Translations under genes and position numbers: made by a program
Part shown: piece after piece, positions 1 through 11,132 of the stretch
How positions within the stretch are numbered: position 1 is the first letter of the stretch
How the letters are laid out: every line of letters begins with the position of its first letter
Assembly (NCBI GenBank): GCA_039189765.1
Contig: JBCCYL010000010.1
Coordinates: forward strand, 32,001 to 96,000
Source of the DNA: Cyanobacteria bacterium P01_F01_bin.150
GTDB taxonomy: Bacteria; Cyanobacteriota; Cyanobacteriia; CAKZMO01
Reading direction: 5' to 3'
Length of the DNA stretch: 64,000 nt
The notes under the pieces: model-generated
What the model was told of the DNA's origin: nothing
The model's database searches: none
The model's input: the letters and a program-made list of their open reading frames with translations, nothing else

Positions 1-1
1 G

Positions 2-850
2 CCTGAGGCGGCCATTCAAGTGGGGCTTATAAAAAATAAGTTTGCTATTCGAGTTTTTGAAGCATTAGAAAGATTTGCCTATTACAGTGCCGATGCCATT
101 AGTGTTATTACAGATGGTTTTACTAAAAATCTTTCAAAAAAGGGAGTTGCTTATGACAAAATCACTTGCATTCCCAATTGGGTTGATGTTAATGAAATTT
201 CTCCTTTGCCCAAACAGAATAATCCATTTAAAGAAATGCATGGATTGGAAGACAAATTTGTCGTCATGTATTCTGGCAACATAGCCTTAACTCAAGGCCT
301 AATGACAGTTATTCATTCTGCTAAGGCATTAAAACATGTTGCAGATCTTATTTTTGTTATCGTAGGTGAAAAGAAGGCGATCGCCACCCTTGAAAAAGCC
401 TGTACTGAATTAGGTGTCACCAATGTCAAGCTATTAGAATTTCAGCCTCGCAAAATATTGCCACAGATGCTTGCTGCGGCTGATGTGGGTTTAATTGTTC
501 AAAAGGCCAATGTCGTTTCATTTAATATGCCCTCCAAAACCCAAGTGTTGTTAGCCAGTGGTCGCGCTATTCTCGCATCCGTGCCCACAACTGGCACCGC
601 GGCAGATGCGGTCCGTCGTAGCGGAGGAGGAATTGTTGTTCCACCAGAAGAGCCTCAGACCCTTGCCAATGCAATTCTAGACCTGTACCAAAATCCTCAA
701 AAAGCAGACTTTTTGGGACGACAGGGGCGACAACACGCTCTTGAGCAGTATTCCTTTGAAGAAGCCATCAACCGGTATGAACGATTATTCCAAGATATTT
801 TGGATCAACGTACACCCTCTCAAAAAACAGTTATTCCTTCTCTCGATTGA
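2..850 (+). CDS. Glycosyltransferase family 4 (WcaI-like), 5' end outside window
   Basis: Frame is open from the window edge (PEAAIQVGLI...). Motifs IPNWVD, YSGNI, MPSK, LASGR are typical of the WcaI-like GT4 C-terminal domain. Confidence 0.85.
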   Translation, partial: PEAAIQVGLIKNKFAIRVFEALERFAYYSADAISVITDGFTKNLSKKGVAYDKITCIPNWVDVNEISPLPKQNNPFKEMHGLEDKFVVMYSGNIALTQGLMTVIHSAKALKHVADLIFVIVGEKKAIATLEKACTELGVTNVKLLEFQPRKILPQMLAAADVGLIVQKANVVSFNMPSKTQVLLASGRAILASVPTTGTAADAVRRSGGGIVVPPEEPQTLANAILDLYQNPQKADFLGRQGRQHALEQYSFEEAINRYERLFQDILDQRTPSQKTVIPSLD

Positions 851-865
851 GTCTCTGCATTTCTA

Positions 866-946
866 GGGTATCAACTTTAGGCGGATAGTGTGGGCGCTTC
901 GCGCCCACACTATCGTTACTTTTGTTTCGCCTTAAACCGAAACCCC
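866..946 (+). repeat. ~80-bp MITE/REP-like element, full copy
   Basis: GGGTATCAACTTTAGGCG, then perfect hairpin GATAGTGTGGGCGC-TTC-GCGCCCACACTATC, then TTTCGCCTTAAACCGAAACCC. Recurs through the window. Confidence 0.9.
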
Positions 947-953
947 ATTTCTT

Positions 954-1613
954 CTACAAGGCATCAGGCAGCTCAGTGATAACAATTGGATCACCAAGCT
1001 CAATTCCCAATTCAGCAGCACGTCCACCTCTCAGCTCCAGAACATAATCTACTGGAACCCCTTCCGGGCCATAGTGTGGACATATAGCTGTTCTACAAGG
1101 GGGAGCCTCTGCTTCAATAGCTAAAACTTGACCATCTTGAATAAAGAGCATGTCAAGATCTATTTCTACATTTCGCATCCAGAAATTAACCGGACGAGGT
1201 GGAGAGAAAGGGAATAACATCCCTTTCTCATCATGTAAAGAAGACCGATACATTAAGCCAATGCTCTGCTGTAAAGGAGTTTGAGCCACCTCCAAATAAA
1301 TAGAAGTACCATTAATAGTTGTCATGGCCGTTAATGGGAGCTGTTGTGCCAGCGATGAAACCGCTTCTGATTTTGGCTCTGATGACGAAATGGCAGCAGC
1401 AGAGACGGGTACCTCAACAGTAGAGAGTGATGTTGGTTGAGTCTCAGCAGTGAATGATGATGAAGGATACCCACATCCGAGCAAACTGATGCCTATGAAT
1501 AAACTGATAAGGTAAGGCAATGGAATGGTTTCAAGCTTGGGTCTACTCAAGAAATACCTTTGGAATTGTGTCATTGTTCTCACGATTGCACAGCTATTCC
1601 CATTAAAATTCAT
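954..1613 (-). CDS. DUF192 domain protein (probable lipoprotein)
   Basis: GLMYR...GMLF...FWMRN...LDMLFI...VLELRGG signature and an LLGC lipobox. True start is probably downstream of 1613. Confidence 0.85.
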   Translation of the reverse strand: MNFNGNSCAIVRTMTQFQRYFLSRPKLETIPLPYLISLFIGISLLGCGYPSSSFTAETQPTSLSTVEVPVSAAAISSSEPKSEAVSSLAQQLPLTAMTTINGTSIYLEVAQTPLQQSIGLMYRSSLHDEKGMLFPFSPPRPVNFWMRNVEIDLDMLFIQDGQVLAIEAEAPPCRTAICPHYGPEGVPVDYVLELRGGRAAELGIELGDPIVITELPDAL

Positions 1614-1670
1614 GCCAAGCCTCCGAGCGCTGAAAGATGTAGTGTTGTAAATTAACTCCGAGTGATTTGT

Positions 1671-2369
1671 TTAGACATCTCGAAGAACATATCCGACCCC
1701 CCGAACAGTCTGAATAAGCCGTTTATCCCCATCTTTCTCGATTTTGAGTCTCAGGTAACGAACATAAACTTCAATTACATTCGATTCGCCTACAAAATCA
1801 TATCCCCAGACATTTTCAAGAATCTGCTCACGAGTTAGAACTTCTCTGGGATTTTGCATTAAGTACCTCAGTAATTCAAACTCTTTCATCGTGAGGTCAA
1901 TAACTCGTTCTTGCCGAACGGCCTGACGCGTAGATAAGTCTAGAGTAAGGTCAGCGAAACGCAACTGCTCTGCCTCTGTCTGCTCAGGCTTCAAATAAAG
2001 CTGAATTAAGTTTAGAAAAGAATCGGTGCGGTAAGGCTTTAAAAAGTAATCATCTGCCCCAGCCTCTAAACAAGCAATGCGATCGCTAACCGTATCTTTA
2101 GACATCATAAGCAATACAGGCACATGAATAGAGTTTTCTCTTAACTGACTACAGAGTGATAAGCCTGATTCTCCAGCTAGCATGCGATCGATCACAATTA
2201 AAGCGGGATGTTTCAGCATGGCCTGTTCAATCGCTTGAGGGCCTTTTGCAATACTGTTGATAAAATATCCAGCTTCCATCAGATCTGTGGACATTTGCTG
2301 GTTTAATGCCATGTCACTCTGGATTAAGAGTATGGTTGGGGTGGCGGATTCTACAGCTTCCTCTCTCAT
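1671..2369 (-). CDS. nblR: OmpR-family response regulator NblR
   Basis: REC plus winged-helix (VWGYDF..SNVIEVYVRYLR). The receiver is atypical (IQSD, LMMSKD) as in NblR. DUF192-nblR-nadK synteny. Confidence 0.8.
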   Translation of the reverse strand: MREEAVESATPTILLIQSDMALNQQMSTDLMEAGYFINSIAKGPQAIEQAMLKHPALIVIDRMLAGESGLSLCSQLRENSIHVPVLLMMSKDTVSDRIACLEAGADDYFLKPYRTDSFLNLIQLYLKPEQTEAEQLRFADLTLDLSTRQAVRQERVIDLTMKEFELLRYLMQNPREVLTREQILENVWGYDFVGESNVIEVYVRYLRLKIEKDGDKRLIQTVRGVGYVLRDV

Positions 2370-2494
2370 GTTTTAAGCGTTTTTAGACGGTTACCATAAC
2401 GACAATATATCTAGTAATTAGCTTGAATGGGGATGGCGTGGACGCGCCTATTTTAACGCTTGCGATGCTCCACTTTGAGGAACCCCCATATTTG

Positions 2495-3412
2495 TTACGG
2501 TAACTCTACAGATGTGGGTTTGGCGATATGGGGTAATCCCCAACCGAGTTTTTCACGAAGAACTTGAAAGAATTCTGGTGGTCGTAAGCGAATAAATTTT
2601 GCCTCATAGGGCGATCGCGATACCTTGACAACATCGTTAGGCGCAATATAGCACCCAGCATTACCATCAACCACCATTGCCAAACGATCAGGATTAGCAG
2701 GATAGATGGCAACTTCTTCTCTATCTGCGAAGACAAGAGCACGGGAGGCAAGGGAATGGGGACATATAGGAATCAGCTGTAAAACAGGCACATCGGGTGT
2801 AATGACCGGGCCTCCCGCAGACAAAGAATAGGCCGTTGAACCGGTAGGGGTGGCAATAATTAGTCCATCAGCAGCAATATCTACTGGAGCATGATCACCA
2901 ATAGCGATTTCAAAGTGACACATACAGGTCATCGGCTCCCGATGAAGCGCCATTTCATTTAGGCAAAGGGCTTCCCACACTAATGTATTGGCCTGCAAAA
3001 CCTGGACAGTTAGCATTCCCCTCTTTTCAATACTATAGTTCCCACTAGTAAGAGCATCTAGAGCTTCTGGTATTTGGGTTAGGTATGTTTCAGTTAAAAA
3101 TCCCATATGCCCAGTATTGATAGTAAGCAAAGGGATGCCATTGGGGGCAACTTGACGAAAAGCAGATAGAACCGTTCCGTCTCCTCCCAACACAATTGCC
3201 AGGGTCATATCTGTTTCAAAGCCAGGTGGGACTAAGTTTTCAATAGGAGTATGACATATGGGCTTTTCTGGTGTGGAATAGCCCAATAGTCCACCCATAC
3301 CAGTAGTAAGGCAAACATCCCAGCCTCGACTTGTTAGCTTACCCTTTAGCTCTTGAGCAACATGGCAAGCAACGGGTTTAACTTCGTTATAAATAATGCC
3401 AACTTTGGGCAC
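2495..3412 (-). CDS. nadK: NAD(+) kinase
   Basis: LGGDGT, LNE, ADG and [14 protein letters not shown] motifs. Confidence 0.95.
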   Translation of the reverse strand: MPKVGIIYNEVKPVACHVAQELKGKLTSRGWDVCLTTGMGGLLGYSTPEKPICHTPIENLVPPGFETDMTLAIVLGGDGTVLSAFRQVAPNGIPLLTINTGHMGFLTETYLTQIPEALDALTSGNYSIEKRGMLTVQVLQANTLVWEALCLNEMALHREPMTCMCHFEIAIGDHAPVDIAADGLIIATPTGSTAYSLSAGGPVITPDVPVLQLIPICPHSLASRALVFADREEVAIYPANPDRLAMVVDGNAGCYIAPNDVVKVSRSPYEAKFIRLRPPEFFQVLREKLGWGLPHIAKPTSVELP

Positions 3413-4005
3413 ACGCTGCGTCCCACTTTAAACTCTAACAACTCGTGAATCACTGCATCGTCTGCATCACTGTGACAAGCAGATTACTTCTTATAATACA
3501 GGCTAATAAAGATGTAGGTAGCCCATCCGCAGGCCCAAAGCTCAAGCGGAGAAGAATTTGCCGGAATACTGGGGCGCTCTGCTGGGGTCCCGTCTTAAAA
3601 TCCAAGGCGTTTGCCACAAATGTGTCGTCTGATGGAACAGATTCACTTAGTAAAACTCGTAAAAGTTAACAAATTTAACGAAATATACTAATCGTGACAT
3701 TACCCTCATTCCTCAGAATAGGGTACTCTTGCGGACGGTTAAATGAATGCACAGGTACTTTAATAGCAATCAAGCTATGAGCATCTATGAAGATAAGTTA
3801 GGAGCTATGGCCATGAATATATCGAAATAGTAAGGAAATGCCAGTTTTTAGATTAGATACCCGGTTAATTCGGTATTATTAATGCCCAATTAATATGAAT
3901 TTAAGGTGGAATCCTGCCGGACATCCGAAATTAGTAGTTCTACTATTGAAACACCCTTAGGTAGATAAGTCTCAATGCATCGATCGCATTTTAGGAAAAA
4001 GATCC

Positions 4006-4197
4006 ATGACTCCTGCAACCTACGATAAATTTGTTTGTTTTCTCCAGGAAGAACTAGCATTGTCACCAGCTTCCATTGTTCTGGCCTTGCGCCATAGTCA
4101 ACAGGATCCTGGCCCTCTGCCGATGATTCTTTGGCAGTATGGATTGATTACGCTAGAACAACTCGATCGCATTTTTGATTGGCTTGAAACAGCTTAG
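4006..4197 (+). CDS. DUF2949 domain protein
   Basis: FLQEELAL...GPLPMILWQYGLITLEQLDRIFDWLE, a cyanobacterial small-protein signature. Confidence 0.85.
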   Translation: MTPATYDKFVCFLQEELALSPASIVLALRHSQQDPGPLPMILWQYGLITLEQLDRIFDWLETA

Positions 4198-4213
4198 GTC
4201 GATGCAGTTTATC

Positions 4214-5263
4214 TTATCTTGTCTTACTAGCTGTGCCCGGTTTCCGATGACGATATCGACGAATTAGAAAATCGGGAATATTGAATGAAGGCAGGCTCGA
4301 TGCCGACAACTCATCAACATCGGCATTCCCATCATCTTTTTTATCTATGGCCTGAATGCAAGCAAGTATGTTAGGGATGTTTATGCCATTGTCAGATTCT
4401 TGTTCAGGGCTACTCATCTTTTCTTCTAAGAACTTCTGTACGTCATGCAATCCCTGTTGAAGTGAGGCATAACGGTCTTTCCAGTACTGAACAGCTGTCT
4501 CTTGCTCGTTAGCTTGCCGAGCCTGTTGAAGAATCTGCTCTTGCATAGCTGTATTTTCTTGCTCTAATGCCAGCATTTTTCGGTGCTGGCGATCGCACTC
4601 TTGCTGAAGTTCCTGACAGGCATTCTTCCATTGGGCATTTTCCTGGCGCAGGCTAAGCTGATCTTGTTGTAACGATAAAAGATTGGTTTGAGCCAGTGCT
4701 CTATCAGATTCTAACGACGTAATGGTGAGATTGCGTTGGGCAATCATATCTTTATGTTCAACTAAGTCATCCTGTAATCGAGAGATCGCCTGATATTGAA
4801 CATAGGCATATTCTTCTGTCAGGGTTATCTGTTCTTCCAGCATGGCCTGATGTTTTACCCTGACATTTAACTCATCCAAATAGCAGAGCGCCTGATCCAA
4901 GGCCTGCTCTAGATGAAAAATCCTCTCTTTTTCATCAGATAAAGACTCAGGTATTTGGAAATGAGTTGCCCTGTCCTCAACCAACTCATCCGCGCTGTTT
5001 TGAAGCGGCAAAGACAAGGCAGCTTTCATTGAGGGTAAATTTTTAATAATAGAATCTTGAACCTGAGGTTCCCCAATCAGTGCATTTTGAGCCGATGATT
5101 GTGTGGCAAGGGATTCTTTTTCAATGAGATCCTGGTCCTGAGACGCTTGAGTTGCGCTATCAAAAGATGCAAGAGAATTGGTACTTGTCCCATCAGGCAT
5201 ATCACTGACCTCAGACAAGTATTGAAATAAACATAGCTGATCAGATCGACCTATTTCTGACAC
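4214..5263 (-). CDS. Coiled-coil protein of unknown function
   Basis: 349-aa ORF with Q/E/L-rich heptads and a C-terminal IPDFLIRR motif. Confidence 0.75.
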   Translation of the reverse strand: MSEIGRSDQLCLFQYLSEVSDMPDGTSTNSLASFDSATQASQDQDLIEKESLATQSSAQNALIGEPQVQDSIIKNLPSMKAALSLPLQNSADELVEDRATHFQIPESLSDEKERIFHLEQALDQALCYLDELNVRVKHQAMLEEQITLTEEYAYVQYQAISRLQDDLVEHKDMIAQRNLTITSLESDRALAQTNLLSLQQDQLSLRQENAQWKNACQELQQECDRQHRKMLALEQENTAMQEQILQQARQANEQETAVQYWKDRYASLQQGLHDVQKFLEEKMSSPEQESDNGINIPNILACIQAIDKKDDGNADVDELSASSLPSFNIPDFLIRRYRHRKPGTASKTR

Positions 5264-5427
5264 TCAGCACCACCTAAACGCAATACGTCTCATAAGAGAG
5301 TTGCTCAAATTGCCAGCAACCGTTCCTAAAGTATAAACGTAGTGAGAAGGAGAGATGTCACAATACCACTACAGTCTTTATCTCGACACATTATGTTGTA
5401 AAGACATACAGTTCGTCACAGCAGCAG

Positions 5428-7038
5428 TTAGTTATCCCTCCACTGTGCAGTTGTCGTACTCAGTTCTTCCTTTAGTTGGGTCACAATGCTGGAATCTCTA
5501 GTCTGCTCTAGAATTGTCTGGATAACAGTGCTGGCACCGTGGGGACCCCAGGTACATCCCTGCTGAAGATATACTTGAGCAGCTCTACCGACACGATAGG
5601 CCCCATAGCCTGCCAATGTTCCCTGAGCGATCGCGGTACTGGAATAGGCCGCGAGGCCACCAAGCGCACCCGCCATCAAGGCTGTCGTCTTGCCAACGCC
5701 CAATAATATCTTACTGCCGAGTTCTGCTGCTAATAAGCCACCAGAGCTCCAAACAATAGCATTCCATAATGCTCCCGCATCATAGCCCGTCATTGGTAAT
5801 CCATAAAGACGGGCCAAGGAACGAATCATAACCAAGTCCGCTGCTACGCCTCCAGCTACATCCAAAATAGCAATGGGATTAGCCGCAACGGCTAGTCCTT
5901 TCCACTTGGCAAATTGCCATAGTAAATCTTCTGCTTGTGTATCATAAACTTGCATTGCATTGGAGGCGATCGCGGCTTCTGTCAGTTGACTATCGCGAAG
6001 GGCATTGAGAGCAATGAGCATCGGCCCGTCTTGATGCAAAATTTGACTCAACTGTCGGCTGAGTGCATCGACTTTAGCAGGAGGGTATTCCCATTCATGG
6101 GTTATCTGGCCATCTGGCCATTCCACTCGCACCTGAATGGGGGTAGGAGCGGCAGCGGCTTGAACAACATCTTCTGGAGTCAATTGCCAGAGCCTAGCTA
6201 ACGATGATGGCGTCTGAGTTTTCTGGGCGTTTATTTTTTTTAAAGCATCTCCCAGCCCACTTAGAATCATCTCTCCATTTTGTTCAGGATAAAGATCCAT
6301 CTTGTTGCAGACAATCATCAACGGTTTACGCTGAGTTAATAGCTTAACTAAAGCCTGATATTCGATTGGAGTAATTTCACCAGCCAAAACAAAGAGAATT
6401 AAGTCTGCTTCCTGAGCAACCTCATTGGCCATATCGGCCCGAATCGTGCCGTCTACCTCATCCAATCCAGGAGTATCAATAAATTCCACCCGCAAGGTGG
6501 ATTGATTATTTTTAGGCTCCCAATACACTGAACGGGGCCACTTAGTCACCCCATGTAGGGGTCCCGTTTGCAATGCCTTTTGCTCAATTAGGGCATTAAT
6601 AACGGAGGATTTACCACGACTAACTAAGCCAAATACTGCAATTCTCAACACTCCATTCTCTAGCTTTTGCAAATCTTGGACAATATGCTCAAGCTTTTGT
6701 TGAATATCAGATTGAAAAGGAGTGGCATTAGCGTTGCTATTATCGACATACCGTTTCACGGTCTGTCTAAGACTCGCCTGGGCTCGCTTTAGCAAGTTTT
6801 TCATTTCTGATGCAGATGAAGAAGATGCATTTAGCTCAGAGGGTAATGGTGAGTCTGAGTTAATTTTTTTTGAACTAACAACAGATGAGTCTGGAGTTTG
6901 GGGATTAACAGATTCTATCTCCTCTGTTGAATTGGAGAGCTGCTGCTGGGATGTGGCTACTGAAGAAACAGGAGGAGAGTCAGGAGCGGAAGCATCAGGT
7001 TGAGCGGTAGATGACGCTGAAGGGATTGTATCACTCAT
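5428..7038 (-). CDS. Era-like GTP-binding protein with DUF697/YcjF C-terminal domain
   Basis: G1 GLVSRGKS, G3 DTPG, G4 NKMD; AVAANPIAILD DUF697 motif. Confidence 0.85.
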   Translation of the reverse strand: MSDTIPSASSTAQPDASAPDSPPVSSVATSQQQLSNSTEEIESVNPQTPDSSVVSSKKINSDSPLPSELNASSSSASEMKNLLKRAQASLRQTVKRYVDNSNANATPFQSDIQQKLEHIVQDLQKLENGVLRIAVFGLVSRGKSSVINALIEQKALQTGPLHGVTKWPRSVYWEPKNNQSTLRVEFIDTPGLDEVDGTIRADMANEVAQEADLILFVLAGEITPIEYQALVKLLTQRKPLMIVCNKMDLYPEQNGEMILSGLGDALKKINAQKTQTPSSLARLWQLTPEDVVQAAAAPTPIQVRVEWPDGQITHEWEYPPAKVDALSRQLSQILHQDGPMLIALNALRDSQLTEAAIASNAMQVYDTQAEDLLWQFAKWKGLAVAANPIAILDVAGGVAADLVMIRSLARLYGLPMTGYDAGALWNAIVWSSGGLLAAELGSKILLGVGKTTALMAGALGGLAAYSSTAIAQGTLAGYGAYRVGRAAQVYLQQGCTWGPHGASTVIQTILEQTRDSSIVTQLKEELSTTTAQWRDN

Positions 7039-7131
7039 GGAATTCTCAGCAGTAGATATGGGGTAAAGGAAGGTTAAAAACCCAGAAGTCTACAAAAGCA
7101 GGCCCTGGGTCAGGCAATGTTGATCGACCAG

Positions 7132-8724
7132 TTAAGATACCGCAGGAGATGTAGATTTGGATTGAGACTGTTGACTTAGTTTGCCAATACCCTGTTCAAC
7201 TAATGTTTGAACAAACTGCCCACGCTGATAGCGTTGAGTAAGTTGCTGCATAATTTGGCCCAGTCGCTCTAGATTCCATCCATTTTGGGGGTTTGAGTCA
7301 CCAGAGTCCTGTTCTTCAAAATATTGAATCAAGCTCTGGCCAGCAATATGGGTTAAGTAAGCCGCACTCAATCCTTGAGCGATTCCCCCTGCGGCAAAGG
7401 TCAGAACATGGGTTTTAAGAAGTGAGGCAATGGTCTGGGTCGCTAACTCAACTAACCCCAGTTTCACCATAAGTTCAGCTATGGTGCGTGTAGCAATTTG
7501 AGCTTGGTTTAATGCTAAGGGCCGATCGTACATTGCCCCCAAGTCAGCTAATAGCTGGGCATTAATCGCCCCTGTCGCAACTAAATCCAGACTGGGAATT
7601 GGATTAGCAAATGCAGTGGCCGCCGCCAGCCACTGATACTTCTCGATGATCGGCAAAGCGCGATCGCGTTTTAGTTGATTCCATTGCCCACGCACCTCAC
7701 TGCGCAGTTGATGAGCCTGTCGAAGGGTCGTTTTCCATATCAACACTTCGGCATCATTAGCTAGCAGTGCCTGAATTTGGCTCAATAGGGATGTTACGTC
7801 CGCAGGCGTTTCATCAAATCGCTCGACAATGGAGCCATCGGGCTGATGCTGCCGCACTTTAATCCGGGTCGCAATGGCAGACGTAGACACAAATCGTTCG
7901 GCATTTATTTGTTGATTTTTGAAGCGATCGCGAATTTGATTGAGAATATCTAGCCGTTCGGTGGGCAGGTATCGATCTTGTTTATTAAAGGCCATCAACA
8001 ATGTGTGACTATGGTTCAATAGCTCTTGCGCAAAGGTCAACTCCGTTGCAGTCAAATCCCCTTCGCTGACAAACACAATCAGGTCAGTCCCCACGTTATT
8101 TAGACAAAGATTTTGAGATATGCCCTGAACGTTTATGTGCTCTGATGTATCTTTCGCTTGCTGTGCTGGAGCCTGACTCAGAACATTATCCTCACAGAAG
8201 GCCAAAGAAGCAGACTCAACAGATAAATTAGAACTAAAGGAATGGATGTCGAGTGCGTTTAGCTGTTCAACAATACTGGTCTTGCCGACGCCTTTCATCC
8301 CAACGACACTACACTGAAGCTGAGTTCGATCCAGATTGTCTAGAAGTTGACGGTGCTGCTGTTGGAATTGAGCGATCGCATCTTGGTACGAGTGATTAGC
8401 CGAGGCTTCTGTCACTGCCGTAGCAAATTCCTGGAGATAGCTTCTGAGGCCCGCCAGAGTTGCCTCAACCGTTTCTCTGGTAACAGATGACGACACAGTT
8501 GGCAATGGCGCAATGGAGGGGCTATCTCGTCTACTAAGCCACCAAGTCCCTGCCCCTAAGGCGATCGCACTCCAACCCGCCATCCCCAACATATCGGCGA
8601 CTGAAGGAACAGCAGTATGCCATAAAGCCACGCCTAGGGTTAGACCTACTCCCCCAGCAATAAAGGGCTTTTTGAGTAAAAATTCAGGCTTCAGCAGCTT
8701 TTCCTGTAATTTAGCGATCATCAA
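7132..8724 (-). CDS. DUF697/YcjF-family protein with N-terminal TM and degenerate GTPase domain
   Basis: N-terminal hydrophobic helices, G1 GMKGVGKT, NKQD, no DxxG; AFANPIPSLD motif. Confidence 0.8.
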   Translation of the reverse strand: MMIAKLQEKLLKPEFLLKKPFIAGGVGLTLGVALWHTAVPSVADMLGMAGWSAIALGAGTWWLSRRDSPSIAPLPTVSSSVTRETVEATLAGLRSYLQEFATAVTEASANHSYQDAIAQFQQQHRQLLDNLDRTQLQCSVVGMKGVGKTSIVEQLNALDIHSFSSNLSVESASLAFCEDNVLSQAPAQQAKDTSEHINVQGISQNLCLNNVGTDLIVFVSEGDLTATELTFAQELLNHSHTLLMAFNKQDRYLPTERLDILNQIRDRFKNQQINAERFVSTSAIATRIKVRQHQPDGSIVERFDETPADVTSLLSQIQALLANDAEVLIWKTTLRQAHQLRSEVRGQWNQLKRDRALPIIEKYQWLAAATAFANPIPSLDLVATGAINAQLLADLGAMYDRPLALNQAQIATRTIAELMVKLGLVELATQTIASLLKTHVLTFAAGGIAQGLSAAYLTHIAGQSLIQYFEEQDSGDSNPQNGWNLERLGQIMQQLTQRYQRGQFVQTLVEQGIGKLSQQSQSKSTSPAVS

Positions 8725-8940
8725 TATTTTCCCTAAGAGTGTGGTGCTTACTTAACGTGTGCATGGCATTAGTAGTACGCTCAACACAACGCTACTCCAA
8801 TCTTAGCGATTGTGGTGCCTGTACCCAACGGCTATCAGTAATTCTTTGTAGAGTAATAAAAATGCTTTACAGTCATTAAACTCAGGCTGTACTGATCACA
8901 TAGAAAGGCAAGCTCAGTGATTAACCCTTGCCTCTAACAA

Positions 8941-8981
8941 TGAGTAAGGCCGCTTCTCAAACAGAGAAACAGCCTTATTCA
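8941..8981 (-). terminator. Stem-loop downstream of tRNA
   Basis: Imperfect inverted repeat TGAGTAAGGC...TTCTC / GAGAA...GCCTTATTCA. Confidence 0.45.
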
Positions 8982-9015
8982 TCTGATAACTTTATTCGCC
9001 AACTATCAAACCAAG

Positions 9016-9092
<77 letters not shown>

Positions 9093-9180
9093 TTGCTTGT
9101 TGGCTTACCCATACTAACAGGTAAATGACAGAATGGCCAACTAAATCAATTTTTTTTGGAGAAGGCTATTTCCCACTTCC

Positions 9181-9217
9181 AAAAACAAAACCCACTGGGA
9201 ACCTTGGCTCCAGTGGG
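9181..9217 (-). terminator. Intrinsic terminator after hpf
   Basis: CCCACTGG / CCAGTGGG stem followed by TTTTGTTTTT on the minus strand. Confidence 0.7.
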
Positions 9218-9306
9218 AATATCTAGCTTTTAAGTGTTCATTGGATGCATTCACCTCATATCGCAAAAGCAATGATGGGGGTTCTAACAACAGTGATCAA
9301 GTAGCG

Positions 9307-10005
9307 CTAAGACGAAATTGAAGTAACACTCCGTTCATCCGCAGCTGGCACATGACCATTCTTTGAATAGATACCATTCAAATCGGCTCGATCACGGTGG
9401 GAAAGCTCAGCAAATTTTCCATGAATATGACCATTGCCATTACGCGGTTGCAGTACCCCATAACCGCCATGATTGCGCTCATAAATTACATTGATTTCAT
9501 CGGTCTCTGCATTACGAAACATGTAAAAATCATGATCCACTAACTGCAGTTGCTCAAGGGCTTCATCTACCGACATGGGGGGCATGGCAAAGTACTTTGT
9601 CCGTACAACTTCTGTTGGTAGCTGTGCCTCCTTATTTGAGACCAGCTCAGCTTCTACTGCTGAAGATTCCAGGATAGGAGCAGTTTTAACGCTCACATGT
9701 TCCCTGGCTCGTCGTTTTTCTTTGTATTTACGCAGCTGTCGGGCAATCTTATTAGAAACTAGATCAATGCTTGCATATAAATTTTCACTACTCTCTTCTG
9801 CTCGTACAACAGACCCATTAACGTAAATTGTGACCTCCGCTGTTTGTTTAGGATTTATCCGAGGGTTCCGAGCCACTGACAGATGAACATCGACTTCTGT
9901 GGTAAGAGATTCAAAGTGATTGACCGCTCGTTCAATCTTCTGGTTCACATAATGACGAATGGCTTCGGTGATTTCAATATTCTTGCCCTGGATAACAAGC
10001 TTCAT
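9307..10005 (-). CDS. hpf: Ribosome hibernation factor HPF/LrtA (long form)
   Basis: [13 protein letters not shown]...LYASIDLV...[23 protein letters not shown] before the ATG at 10005. Confidence 0.95.
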   Translation of the reverse strand: MKLVIQGKNIEITEAIRHYVNQKIERAVNHFESLTTEVDVHLSVARNPRINPKQTAEVTIYVNGSVVRAEESSENLYASIDLVSNKIARQLRKYKEKRRAREHVSVKTAPILESSAVEAELVSNKEAQLPTEVVRTKYFAMPPMSVDEALEQLQLVDHDFYMFRNAETDEINVIYERNHGGYGVLQPRNGNGHIHGKFAELSHRDRADLNGIYSKNGHVPAADERSVTSISS

Positions 10006-10289
10006 AAAGCCGCCTCCTAAATTCATTTTTGGCTTCTTATGTTCACCCTAACATTTTGTATTCTGGACGACACCACCGTTTAAAATGCTTTGCATCCTTT
10101 GACAATTCTTGACAAGAAAGAGCATCACATTAACATGTTTTTGTGTCGAAATACCCTTGTTTTGCTTGTCAACTGTATCTAACTGCTCGTAATTATACGA
10201 AACTTAAAATGTGGATATTAACTATTCCCCCATAGTGCTTCTTTCTACCTGGCAGCCTCAACTGTTTCCCTTCTTAGGCATGTACAATC

Positions 10290-11036
10290 ATGGCAATCGG
10301 TAAAACGAAGGTGAGTAATCGCTCACCTCGCACATATGAAAATTCTGCTCAAGCCCATCATCAAGGCTATCTTTGTATGCCAGGGCAAGTACCTTATCCT
10401 GTGGCATGGTCCTGGCAGCGCTTACTGGTCAAACAGCGCAAGCAGCAGGCAGAATTAACCGATTTATTATTCTTGCTTGAACATCCACCGATATATACCT
10501 TAGGACAAGGGGCAACATTAGATTTTCTTAAATTTAATCCCGAACATAGCGATGTAGACGTGTGCCGCATTGAACGGGGAGGCGAGGTGACGTATCATTG
10601 CCTGGGCCAAATTGTAGGCTATCCAATTCTAAATTTGAGCCGTTATCAGCAGGACCTCCACTGGTATTTACGCCAACTAGAAGAGGTGATTATTCAAGTG
10701 CTTAGACGCTACGATTTACCCGCAGAACGCGTAGATGGATTGACAGGAGTATGGATTGACCACTATAAAATTGCAGCCATTGGCATCAAAGTGAGTCGCT
10801 GGATCACCATGCATGGCTTTGCCCTCAATGTCTGCCCGGACCTGAGGGGCTTTGAGAAAATTGTGCCCTGTGGAATTGCTGATAAGGCAGTTGGCAGTCT
10901 GGCCCAATTTTGTCCAAATGTGCAGATCAAGAAAGTGTACGAAGAAATAGCGATCGCCTTTTCGCAGGTATTCGATATTGCCCTTACTACTGTCACAGTC
11001 GAGGAACTGGGGCTAAAAGACTCAACGAATTCCTAA
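10290..11036 (+). CDS. lipB: Octanoyltransferase LipB
   Basis: [35 protein letters not shown]. Confidence 0.95.
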   Translation: MAIGKTKVSNRSPRTYENSAQAHHQGYLCMPGQVPYPVAWSWQRLLVKQRKQQAELTDLLFLLEHPPIYTLGQGATLDFLKFNPEHSDVDVCRIERGGEVTYHCLGQIVGYPILNLSRYQQDLHWYLRQLEEVIIQVLRRYDLPAERVDGLTGVWIDHYKIAAIGIKVSRWITMHGFALNVCPDLRGFEKIVPCGIADKAVGSLAQFCPNVQIKKVYEEIAIAFSQVFDIALTTVTVEELGLKDSTNS

Positions 11037-11072
11037 AGCTTTTAAGCAGCGGTAAAAGCTTCAGCAAAAGCA

Positions 11073-11110
11073 GTAGCCAGCAGGGCATTCGTCAAAGCCC
11101 TGCTGGCTAC
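11073..11110. terminator. 14-bp perfect hairpin between convergent lipB and GT9
   Basis: GTAGCCAGCAGGGC-(10 nt)-GCCCTGCTGGCTAC. Confidence 0.65.
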
Positions 11111-11132
11111 AGATGGCAGAAATCTCTCTTAT

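Noticed and set aside
3445..3669. 74-aa ORF or possible small gene upstream of nadK
   Set aside because: No recognisable motif in the frames read and no RBS; treated as intergenic.
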